Below are positions 49,425 to 61,019 of a DNA stretch of 64,000 nt, one piece after another; the stretch's first letter is position 1; each line of letters starts with the position of its first letter. The stretch covers positions 65,332,369 through 65,396,368 of the forward strand of contig NC_090398.1 in assembly GCF_036365525.1 (NCBI RefSeq), read 5' to 3'. The notes under the pieces were generated by a model that made no database searches, was not told where the DNA came from, and saw nothing but the letters and a program-made list of their open reading frames with translations. The position numbers were made by a program, and so were the translations under genes. This DNA is from Heterodontus francisci. Lineage: Eukaryota.

Positions 49425-49916
49425 TATGTGAGTTTAATGTAGGTAAATAAGTACATTATTCTGTAACATTTATTTTCTGTTATGTGACTATGTCTGGTTC
49501 CAGTTCATCATGTCAGCCTCTGGTACTCTGTATGAGGTGGGATTAATGTGGTGTATGTCAGTTTCTGGTACTGCCTGTGAGTGTGAATATATTTCTGTAT
49601 CCATCAGTCTCTCAAACTGAATGTGAGTGTGGATTAGTTCATTTTTCATCCGTCTCCGCAACTGATAGTGAGAATGTGATTCATTCAATATCTCTGTGTC
49701 TCTGGTATTGTTTGTGAATGTGTTGCTTATTCTGTGTTTTTCTGTGACTGGTAGAGTTTGTGAGTGTGGCATTCATTCTGTACCTGTTAGGAAATATTAT
49801 TGAATGGCATTGTGGACTCAGTGTTTTTTAGGCACTCCTACTCTATGTGAATCAGATTTGTACTGTGTCCATCTGTTTCACGTCATGTAAGTGAGTGTGG
49901 GATGCATTATATAGTT

Positions 49917-50118
49917 NNNNNNNNNNNNNNNNNNNNNNNNNNNNNNNNNNNNNNNNNNNNNNNNNNNNNNNNNNNNNNNNNNNNNNNNNNNNNNNNNNNN
50001 NNNNNNNNNNNNNNNNNNNNNNNNNNNNNNNNNNNNNNNNNNNNNNNNNNNNNNNNNNNNNNNNNNNNNNNNNNNNNNNNNNNNNNNNNNNNNNNNNNNN
50101 NNNNNNNNNNNNNNNNNN
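49917..50118. other. Assembly gap (N run)
   Basis: About 200 N. Confidence 1.
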
Positions 50119-51404
50119 CAGTAAAGGGTTATTGGGACAGCCAGGAAAGTGAAGTTAAGCACAATCAGATCAGCCATGATCATATTAAATGGCAGAGTAG
50201 GGTGGAGAGGCCAAATGGCCCACTCTTGGTCATATCTGTTATGTTCTTAAGCTCTTCTCTTACTTGACATGATTGTGGGCCACATTCTGTATCTTTAAAT
50301 CCCTGGTCCTGTTCGTAATTGAAGGTTCATTCTGAATTTGATAGTCTCTAGTACAGAATGTGTGTTTGCAATTCATTCCTTATGTATCTGCCTCTGGGGG
50401 ATTGTGCAAGTGTGAGATTAATTCTGTATCAGCCAGCATCCGTACTGTGTATGCATGTTGGACCCATTCAGTATATGTAAGTAAGGGGTACTGTGTCTGT
50501 ATATGTGATTCATTCTCCATCCATTAAGCTCTGGTACCCTGTTTCAGTGTCAGATTCAATTTGCATCTATGTGTCTCTGTGTTGTACGTGTCTCTGTGAT
50601 CCTACTGTATCCTGTACTTTATATGTACCTCAAGCATTCTGTTGGCTACTGTTTCATAATTTTGTGTATCAATATTTGTCCCTTGTGTTTAATTTAAAAT
50701 ATGGATTAACTATTTCATAGCTGCCTGTTTTATTCTATTCTTGTACATGAGTTGTGAATTGGTTGCCAATTCATAGCTCTGCCAAATTAATTGTGAGTGG
50801 TAATCTTTCAATCTGATACATGACCTGGTATGTACAGTCAAATTTCTTTGTATTGTAAAAAAATAGAATGAATACTGTATATTTCTGTCTGACCCATAGT
50901 GAAATGTTTGGATTTGTTTGTAATGTGTAGCTCAGTTTATATTGTGGGGTACATATTAGGACTTATTTTCTAGCTTTCAATCAGGTAAATTTTGCCTGTT
51001 CTAGTTAAGATATCTTGTTTGAAATTTGGTCAAATTGACACAGTGTATTTAAATCTGATAATGAGTGTGTTTTTAGACTGGGTTTGATGTATCTACCAGT
51101 CAGCTGCAGTGAAATAGAAGCAACTTCATTCTCTCCTGTTCTGCTTGACTGTTGGATTGAAAATGTGTCTCTTGATCTTGGGATCAGTGTGGGTCTGACT
51201 ACTTCTTTTGTTTGTTGCAGTGGAAATGATGAGTTGGCTGTGTCACTGTGCTTTGTGAGTGATACTGTATCTATCTACTGTGTGTTGGAACAAGCTGGCT
51301 GCTCTCTTCCATGTGTCCAGGAGTCAGGACTTTCATTCTGGTTCCTTCAAATGTTTGCCTGCAGGAAGATAAAGTAATTCTTATACTTGTAGAAAGGTCA
51401 GTGA

Positions 51405-54400
51405 GAAGAATCACAGAATCATTACAGTGCAGAAGGAGGCCATTTGGCCCATCGTGTTTGCACCGGTTCTCTGAAAGAGCAACTCCCTCAGTTCCATTCA
51501 CCTGCCTTCTCTATGTGACCCTGCAAATTCTTCCCTTTCATACAACTGTCTAATTCCCTTTTGAATACTTCAGTCAAACCTGCCTCCACCAAATTCTCAG
51601 GCAGTGCATTCCAGACCGTAACCACTCGCTGCATAAAAAAGATTTTCCTCATGTACCTTTTGCTACTCTTATCAAATACTTTAAATTTGTGCCCTCTCGT
51701 TCTCGATCCTCTCATGAGTTGGAATTGTTATTCTCTATCTACTCTACCCAGACCCCTCATGATTTTGAATACCTCTATCAGATCACCTCTCAGTCTTCTC
51801 TTCCCCAAGTCAAACAGTCCTAACTTCTCCAATCTATCTTCATAACTGAAATTCCTCATCCCTGGAACCATACTTGCAAAGTTTCTCTGTACTCTCTCTG
51901 ATGCCCTCAGGACTTGCCTCATGTGAGGTGCCCAGAATTGGACATCATACTCCAGCTGAGGCTGAATTAGTGTCTTACAGAAGTTCAACATAACTTCCTT
52001 GCTCTTGTACTTTATTCCACTATGAATGAAGCCTCGGATGCTGTGTGTTTTATTAAACAAACTCTCAACCTATCCTGCACTTTCAATGACTTATGCACAT
52101 ACACACCTCAGTCCCTTTGCTCCTGCACCCCTTTCGAATTGTATCCTTTATTCTATACAATTCCTCCATGTTCTTACTACCAAAATGAATCACCTCAATT
52201 TCTTTGCATTGAACTTCATCTGCCACCTGTCTGTCCATTTCACCAACTTGTCTATGTCCTTTTGAAGTTCTACACTATCCACCTCACATTTCACAATGCT
52301 TCCAAGTTTCGTATCATCTGCAATCTTTGAAATTGTGCACCAAGGTCTCGGAGATTAACCTATATCAGGAAAAGCAAGGGTCCAAACACTGATCCCTGGG
52401 GGAACTCCATCACAACCTTCCTCCAGCCAAAAAACATCCATTAACCACTGCTCTTTGTTTCCTGTAACTCAGGCAATTTCGTATCTCGTTGCGACCGACA
52501 ATTTTATTGCACGAACTACAAGTTTGCTCACAAGTCTGTTGTGTGGCACTGTATCAAACGCCTTTTGAAAGTCCATGTACAACACATCAACAGCATTGCC
52601 CTCATCAACCCTCTTTGTTACCTCCTCAAAAGACTTCAGCAATTTGCTTGAACATGATCTTCCCTGAAGAAATCCATGCTGCTTTTCCTTAATTAACTCA
52701 CATTTAGAGTCATAGAGTTCTACAGCACATAACTAGGCCCTTCGGCCCATCATGTACATGCTGGCCATCAAGTACTTAAGTATTCTAATCCCATTTTCCA
52801 GCACCTGGCCAGTATCCCTGTATGCTATGGCAGTTCGAATGTTCATCCAAATAATTCTTGAATGTTGTAAGGGTTTCTGCCTCTACCATCTTTTCAGGCA
52901 GTGTGATCCACATTCCAAACATCTTCTGGGTGAAAATATTTTTCCTCAAAGCCCCTCTAAACCTCCTGTTCCTTACCTTAAATGTATGTCCCCTGGCTAT
53001 TGACATCTCTGCTCAAGGGGAAAGAACATCTATCCTATCTATGCTCCTCATAATTTTGTTTCCCTCACTCAGGTCCCTCCTCAGCCTTCTCTGCTTTAAT
53101 AGTCCCTGTGACTATTGATTTTGCCCCTAATAATTTTTTCTCCATCTTTTCCCAACACTGAATTTAAACGAACAGGCCTGTAGTCGATGGGCTATATTTA
53201 CACCCTTTTTTGAACAAGCAATTCGGTAGTCCTTTAGCACCACATCCGAGTCTAAGGAGTCTGTGGCCAGATCCTCTGTGATTTCCACCCCCACTTCCCT
53301 CAGTTTCCTTAGATGCATCTCATCTGGCTCTGGTGCTTTATCCTCTTTAAGTACAGACAGACTATCTAACATTTCTACTTTATCAATTTTAATACCCTTT
53401 AATATCTGACTTATCTCCTCTTTTAACATTACCAAGGAAGAAGATGCAACCCAGCCAAAGACAGATGCAAAGTATTCCTTTAATACCTCAGCTATGCCCT
53501 CTGCCTCCATGTGTAAATCCACGTTCTGGTCCCTAATCGGCCGCACTCCACCTTTTACCACCTTTTTTACTATTTATATGCTTTTAGAAAACGTTGGGAT
53601 TTCCTTCAATGCTCGCTGGCAATCTCATTTCATGTTCTCTCATTGCTTCTCCTATTTGTTTTTTCACTTCCCCTCTGGACCTTCTATATTCAGCCTGGTT
53701 CATACTAATATTTCCTACCTTGCATCTCTCAGAAGCACACTTTTTCTTCTTTATCTTAATCTCTACTTCTTTTGCCATCCAATGAGTTCTGGATTTGTTT
53801 GTTTTAATTTTCCACTTCAAGGGAACATTAATCGACTGTGCCTGAAATATCTCTTCTTTGAAGGTAACCCAATGTTCATCTACCTGTGTTACTGCCAGCT
53901 TTTGACTCCAATTTATTCGCCCCAGTTCCATCCTTACCCCATTGAAGTTGACTTTCCCCCAGTTAATTAATCTTACCTTGGATTTCTCTTTGTCCTTTTC
54001 CATAGTCAACCTAAACCTTATGAGACAATGATCACTATCCCTTAAATGCACTCCTAATGATACTTGATCCACTTGGCCCACCTCATTCCTAAGCAGTGCC
54101 TCCTTTATCGTTGGACTAGCAACATACTGTTGTAGAAAATTTTCCTGAACATACTCTCGGAACTCTTGCCCCACACTGCCCTTTACACTACTATTATCCC
54201 AGTCTATGTTTGGATAATTAAACTCTTCCATTATAACTACCCTACAATTTTTGCACCATGCTGTAATTTCCTTGCAAATTTGTTTTTCCATGTCCTACCC
54301 ACCAGCTGGTGGCCTATAGACAACACCGAGCAATGTAACTGCAGCGTTTTTGTTCCTTAGTTCTCGCTAAATTGATTCTGTCCTCGACCCCTCTGGGACA

Positions 54401-54790
54401 TCCTTTTTCTCCAGCACTGAAATACTCTCCTTAATCAAAACTGACACCCCTCCCCTTTTATTCCCGTTCATGTTTTTCCCGGAACACCTTGTATCCAGGA
54501 ATATTTAACACCCAGTCCTGTCCTTCTTTGAGCCAGGTCTCTGTTAGAGCCTATTTTTCATCTTATTTCCACATGACAATCTCCGCCTGTACCTCACCAG
54601 TCTTATTAACCACACTGCGTGTGTTCACATACATGTACCCTGATTCAGACTGTATTACTTTCTCCCTTATTCTGACCCCATCTGATAGCCTATTATTCCC
54701 TACTGTTGTGTTATCAGTCTCGCCCAGTGTTCTGGACATCGCGGTATTCCTCTCTAATACCTGCAGCTGGTTCCCACACCCCTGACAATG
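51405..54790 (-). mobile_element. Decayed near-full CR1 ORF2 with a second CR1 3' fragment nested at ~52705-53095
   Basis: Broken ORFs with YVNTRSV, EFNYPNIDW, SDH and ERVQRNF; tails at ~51410 and ~52708. Confidence 0.85.
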
Positions 54791-56761
54791 AACTGACATG
54801 ATACAAAAGTGATCAATGTAATCTTTTCAATAATAATCGTTATGAACAATCGGAAACGGAAAACCAGCAACTTAAACAGTATCTGTCTCGTGTAGCACTC
54901 TGCTTCTGCTTCCCACCTGTTTGCAGCGGTTGTGCAACAGTTTGTGACATTCAGAAACAACCCATGCCCCTCACCGCTCCATGAATCGGACTACCCGATG
55001 AAGTAGTGACGTCTCCCTTCCCCCGGCTCACTCCATGTTCCGAGACCAGTTTCTGCTCCACAGTGCACATTGCAAACAGTCCCCGATTCCAGCTGAGCTT
55101 CCCCAAAATTCAATGCTAATCTCTGAGCACATCCGCACAAGCTCCCAAACCTGGTGTTGCTGCAGCAAGCAGATGCTGTTTGTTCACTGACCCCGGGAAC
55201 CAGATGTTTCCTTTCGCTGCTGATCGAAACAATCTTCCGCTCACTCGCTGAATGGAGCTCACAGGCAGAGCTGGGGGAGGGGTGCGCATGCCGTCTTCGC
55301 CTCATGATGACGTCATAGTGGGCTGGGTTATATCGCGCGTGTGCAGATCTCTGCAACAATTCAGCTTCAAAACTCAATGGGAACTTTGGTCACTGACCCG
55401 AAACGTAACTCTGCTTCTCTTTCCACAGATGCTGCCAGACCTGCTGAGTGTTTCCAGCATTTCTTGTTATTGTTAATTAAATGGTGTGTTATATGTATGT
55501 TCACAAAAGAAAGGGGTGAAGTTAATATCCCGATATAGGAGGAGCGCAGAGTTATTGGATAGGATAAAAACGTTCTGGATAGGTTGACATCTCTTTAAGT
55601 TAATAAGTCCAGAAGGGAAATATCCCATATTAGTGAGGGAGATACCAGAAGCTCTGAGCAAAATCTTTGAATATGGAAGGTGTGCCAGGTGACTGAAGGA
55701 TTACACTCCTGTTCTGGAAAGGAGAAGGAAAAATCTGGTAACCAAGACCATTATTTTTGACAACATTGGTGAATTAATAAAGGACAACCAGTACGGATTT
55801 GCTAAGGGCAAATCATGTGCAACTAACCTGATTGAATTTTTGTGGTTGAAGTTACTGAAGGTAGTACAGTAATTATTGGATATATGCTCTTCCAAAGGCA
55901 TTCGATCAAGTAGTGAATAACAGACTTACATGGAGAATAGAAATGCATGTTAAAAATTGACACTGGCATCCTGAGATGGTAGTTGGTTAAAGGATAGGAG
56001 GTTATTCTATGACCTTGTCTTATTTACACCATCTCCTTTGTTATCTCTTGCCCCACCCCCACTTTACTTGCATATAACCTTTTACAATTCTAATATTTGC
56101 TCGTTCTTAAGTCGGGTAACAGATCTGAAACGTTAACTCTGCTTCTATCTCCACAGATGCTGCCAGACCTGCTGAGTATTTCCAGCATTTCTTGTTTTTA
56201 TTTCAGATTTCCGGCATCCGCAGTATTTTGCATTTATTTTAGAGATTAGAAGTGAACTGATCCTTTCTGCTGACTGGGCAGAACTATGCAGTGGGGTGTT
56301 GCAGAAAACTGTACGAAGAACATTACTTCGATATGGCCCACAATGTCGAAGTTTGAGGATGACAGAATACATAGCAATGTATGCAAATAGCAAAGAGCTG
56401 TAAGTTTCAGGTAGATGTTACCTGAACAGAGGTGAGACAGAGAATACCCAACCCGTCTCACCTTTAGATTACTGACCAAGATAGACCTACAAGGTACAAA
56501 CTCAAGTTATGTGACCAAGTCAGAGAGTTTATTAGGTTTAACAAAGATGCACAAAGTTAATATTTAACAAGGCAATGGTATGCAGTAACACACAACACCC
56601 GTTCATGTTTCTGTGCTTGCTGCCGCACGGACTTCTCTCCTTCTTCTTCCCTTGCTGTGTTTTCTTAACTGTATTCTATCTTCTCCTTCCAAGTGCTAAC
56701 GATCTTCTGTTGACCCCTGTCTAAGTGTGATGACGATGTCCTGCAACACCCTTTCTTTTAC

Positions 56762-56962
56762 AACAAAAACAAGAAATGCTGGATTCACTCAGCAGGTCTG
56801 GCAGCATCTGTGGAAAGAGAAGCAGAGTTAACGTTTCGGGTCAGTGACCCTTAACGTTAACTCTGCTTCTCTTTCCACAGATGCTGCCAGACCTGCTGAG
56901 TGAATCCAGCATTTCTTGTTTTTGTTTCAGATTTCCAGCATCCGCAGTATTTTGCTTTTATT
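56762..56962. mobile_element. Penelope-type terminal hairpin insertion with a 14-bp target-site duplication (TSD)
   Basis: Perfect ~74-bp arms (56762-56835 / 56853-56926); ACCCTTTCTTTTAC at 56748-56761 and 56965-56978. Confidence 0.8.
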
Positions 56963-58912
56963 TTACCCTTTCTTTTACCCTTCTTGTGGTGCAAGGATGT
57001 TACCATATTAGTTTTGAATTGTTCTAAGTGTCCGAATTGGTCCAGGTTGACATCATTGTTTGACACGAGTTAGTTAATAGTTGAATCTACACACATTACA
57101 GATGCTTCCCGATTCTTTCTATTTTAGCAAGGATCCTAAAGGTTACATTCTTGCTGATTCTTTAATACTGCCTTTATCTCTTCTCGCTCCCTGCAAGGAG
57201 TGCTGGTGTCTCTCCCATTGTTCTCACACAAAGGTTTAAACAAAGTATAGCCTTGAAAACAACGGCAATTTGAACATCTAAATGGGATCATCTCCCGGCT
57301 TTCTAGGTTATAGATTCCCGCCACCCCTCCCCACCCTCCCTCCACCCTAACCCCATGTTCAGTTTCATTGTTCACACATTGATGAGGGTGAAATGGGGAA
57401 AGTTCCCATTGAGTTTTGTTGCAGAGAGCTGCGCACGCGCGATATAGCCCCGCCCACCGTGACGTCATCGTGAGGTTCTGAGCGCATGCGCTCCCCTTCC
57501 CCCAACACTGTCTCTGAGCGTCATTCAGTGAGTGAGCGGAAGATTGTTGAAATCAGCTGCGAATGCAGACATCCGGGTCCCGGGGTAAGTGAACAAACAA
57601 CATCTGCTTCCAGCAGCAACACCAGGTTTGGGACCGAGTCTGCAGATGTGTTCAGAGATTAACATTGAATAGCGGGAAGTTCAGCGGGAGTCGGGGACTG
57701 TGTGGAATGTACACTCGAGCCCTGGATACCCGAATCCAACCCGAGCGGGACCCGAGCACATGTGTCCGCCTCGGCTCGGGCCCAGCTTGCTGCTCCGGCT
57801 TTCGGGCTCGGGTCCAGTTCGGGTTCGGGTCGGACACACTGGGTCAGTCTCTGCTGGTCAGTATTGAGATTTTAAAAAAACTGACCGGAGCTGGGAGTCC
57901 AGGTCGGAATTGAGTCTGCGCAGTGAGCCGGTGCCGTCACTTTGCCCTCATCACGCATGCGGTGTAGCGTCTTGCAGGTTGGGTGTCAGGAAGGTAAGTG
58001 AAGGGATGGTCGGTTCGGGCTCGGGTCCGCTGTGGTTCGGTTAGGTACTGTGTGTGTGTGTGGACCAGAGTCCTGACAGTGAACAGGTTATATTTTTAAT
58101 ACAAATACTGTATATTTTATAATCATTTTGTAATAATTAATCACTCTTTGCATTTCAGCTGCTCACTGGATAAACTTGCAGCAAGTATTTCAACCTGTAA
58201 AGCAGGAGTCTACATAATGTATAATGATATTTACTGAGCCTTCGGGTAATCGCTGTGTTTATTTTAAGCAATACAGATACTGGTACAGTGTGGCACAACT
58301 CCATGGGTTTCTGTTTAACTCATGACCAAACAATCACTGACTTTGTGGCTCCAATCTTCATCTTTTTAAACAACCTGTCAAGTCCAATTAATACTGCATT
58401 TGTCCGACCCGAGCCCAAGAGCTCGACCCGGAAGAGTGACCGACCCAAACCTGACACATGTCGTCAGGTCCTGTTGGGTTCGGGTCTGTTAGCAGGCCTT
58501 TAGCAGGTACTGGTCCTGGGACATGGAGTGAGTCGGGGGAAAGAGAGAGGTACTTCTCAGGCAGTGTCTGGACAGGGTGAGAGAGACAGAATGAGAAGAA
58601 CTTACTATTGAAAATCATTGCTGCTTTCTGTCTCCAAACTGTAATGAATGATCCTGGTTCAGATCCATAGTCTCTCTGTTCATTGTTATTGGACAGTGAA
58701 CAGCAGAAAAACATGGCTGCACTATAACGATGCGGCGGTTATTTAAAGACTAGGTGAGAAGTTTAAGGACACATTTTAAACAGTGTCTGCTTGTTTTCCC
58801 TTCAAAAATAGGACTTGGAAGTAGAAATATGACTTAAAGCCTGCCTGCCTGACCCAAACACGACTAGCTCCGACTACATCTGTCCAAAGGTGATTTTACA
58901 CTACAGGACACT

Positions 58913-60468
58913 ATGGATGTAAAACAAATGCTGTCTACTGGAGAATGTTCAGCAGCGGAAAGTCCTGTCGCTGGAAAACGTAAATCTTCTGTGTGGGAAC
59001 ATTTCAATGTTGTTGTTTTCCGCAATAGTAAAAGTTCAAGTGGATTTGTACAATGTAAATCTTGCAAACTTCTACTAAAATATCACAGCAAAAAGACAGG
59101 AAATTCATATTTGCAGCGGCACACTGTAAAAGGATGTACTAGACCCACAGCAGGGCCAAGTCGGTCAGACTTAACTTCCTTTGTACGGACAAGAAAAAAA
59201 ACATACCCACTCACAAGAAATCAGAAATTATAGACAAATGCGTCAGTTTCTGTTGCAAAGATATTCGATCTTTCCAAACTGTTTCTGGTGAAGAGTTTGT
59301 TGAACTAGCACAAGAGCTTATCAATGTGGGTGCGACATACGGTCAAGTATCAGCATCAAGTGTGTTACCAAATCCAAGTACAGTTTCAAGAAGGTGTCGT
59401 GATGTGGCCAAAGAAAAGATAAAAGAACTAATTTCTCAGATTACTGACACACTAAAGGATGTGAATGTGGGAATGACAACTGACATGTGGAAGGGCGACT
59501 ACAATAAAATCCATTATATTTCGATAACTTGTCATTACATCACAATAGATTTTAAACTTCATGCCAAAGTTTTAACAACAGCAATGTTTCCACTGGAGGA
59601 CGGCAAAACTGGCGGAAACATCAGGCAGGCGATTTTAAATCTGCTGTTGAATACATTTGGATTCGACCCAGCAAATTTACATAAACTAGTATGGGTGACA
59701 GATCAAGGCACTAACGTAGTGTTTTCTCTTCGACCATATCAACGTCTGGATTGTCAGGGCCATGTATAGAACACGGTCCTTCAACATTCACTTGATCCAA
59801 AGGAATTAGTTACTGAAGCTCCGTATGTTGTAGAAACTATACATCATGCCAAAGACTTGGTGACATATATTAAACAGTCTGGTCTTGCTGCACAGTTGTC
59901 CAAAACTTTAAATCCAATGGAAGAAACGAGGTACAGTGCTGTGTATCTGACACTGAATTCAATTCAGGATATTTATCATGAGCTGCACGAGAAACTGGAA
60001 CAGCGTGGGGAAAGCTGCAGGCTGGAAAATATCACCCCTGATGTCTTGCAGTTTTTGGTGGATTTCCTCCGACCATTTTATGAAGCTCAGAGGGAACTTG
60101 AGGGAGACCAATATCCTACATTGAACGTGGTAATTCCGTGGTTTGAGAAACTTAAACGTCTCTGTTTGCCACTGTCTTTAGACACTCCAACGCAAGCAGT
60201 TGTCAGGGAACGGCACAGACAGTGTCTTCTGAAGAAAGTTAAAATAAACGACGAGCACAAGATAGCAACATTTTTCTGGCCTAAATTTAATCAGCTACGA
60301 ATGTTATCCAGCCATGACAGGGAAGAAGTTTATTCTGAAGTGCGCAGACTTTTCAATAATATTAAAACAGAAGTCCCGGTGAAGGAAACGACAATGGTTG
60401 ATAATGAAACTACAGCTGCCAAAAAAGCAACGACTGCATTTGCTGAATGGGAGAATGTTCATGAATAA
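58913..60468 (+). pseudogene. hAT BED-finger transposase, copy 2
   Basis: BED finger to SYLQRHTVKGC, TTDMW, VTDQG, CQGH, ETRY; frameshift near 59200 and TAG at 59767-59769; interrupted by a CR1. Confidence 0.9.
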
Positions 60469-60470
60469 AT

Positions 60471-60948
60471 AGACTCAGATAGGAGGTTCTGTGGGAACGA
60501 GAGAGACTCACGGTTGGTATGTTGCCTCCCAGGTGCCAGGGTTCGTGATGTCTCGGATCGTGTTTTTGGGATCCTTAATGGGGAGGGGGAGCAGCCCCAA
60601 GTCGTGGTCCACATAGGCACCAACGACATAGGTAGGAAGAGAGATGGGGATTTAAGACAGAAATTTAGGGAGCTAGGGTGGAAGCTTAGAGCGAGAACAA
60701 ACAGAGTTGTTATCTCTGGGATGTTGCCCGTGCCACGTGATAGCGAAGCGAGGAATAGGGAGAGAGAGGAGTTGAATACGTGGCTGCAGGGATGGTGCAG
60801 GAGTGAGGGTTTTGGTTTCCTGGATAATTGGGGCTCTTTCTGGGGTAGGTGGGACCTCTACAAACAGGATGGTCTTCACCTGAACCAGAGGGGTACCAAT
60901 ATCCTGGGGGGGAGGTTTGCTAGTGCTCTTCGGGGGGGTTTAAACTAA
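60471..60948 (+). pseudogene. CR1 ORF1 C-terminal esterase part (5'-truncated)
   Basis: VCCLPGARVRDV, HIGTND, DGLHL. Confidence 0.85.
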
Positions 60949-61019
60949 TTCAGCAGGGGAATGGGAACCTAAATTGTAGTGCCAGTGTACAGGATTTTGA
61001 GAGTAGTGAGGTCAGGGAT

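Noticed and set aside
49878-50267. ORFs spanning the N run
   Set aside because: Artefacts of the assembly gap.
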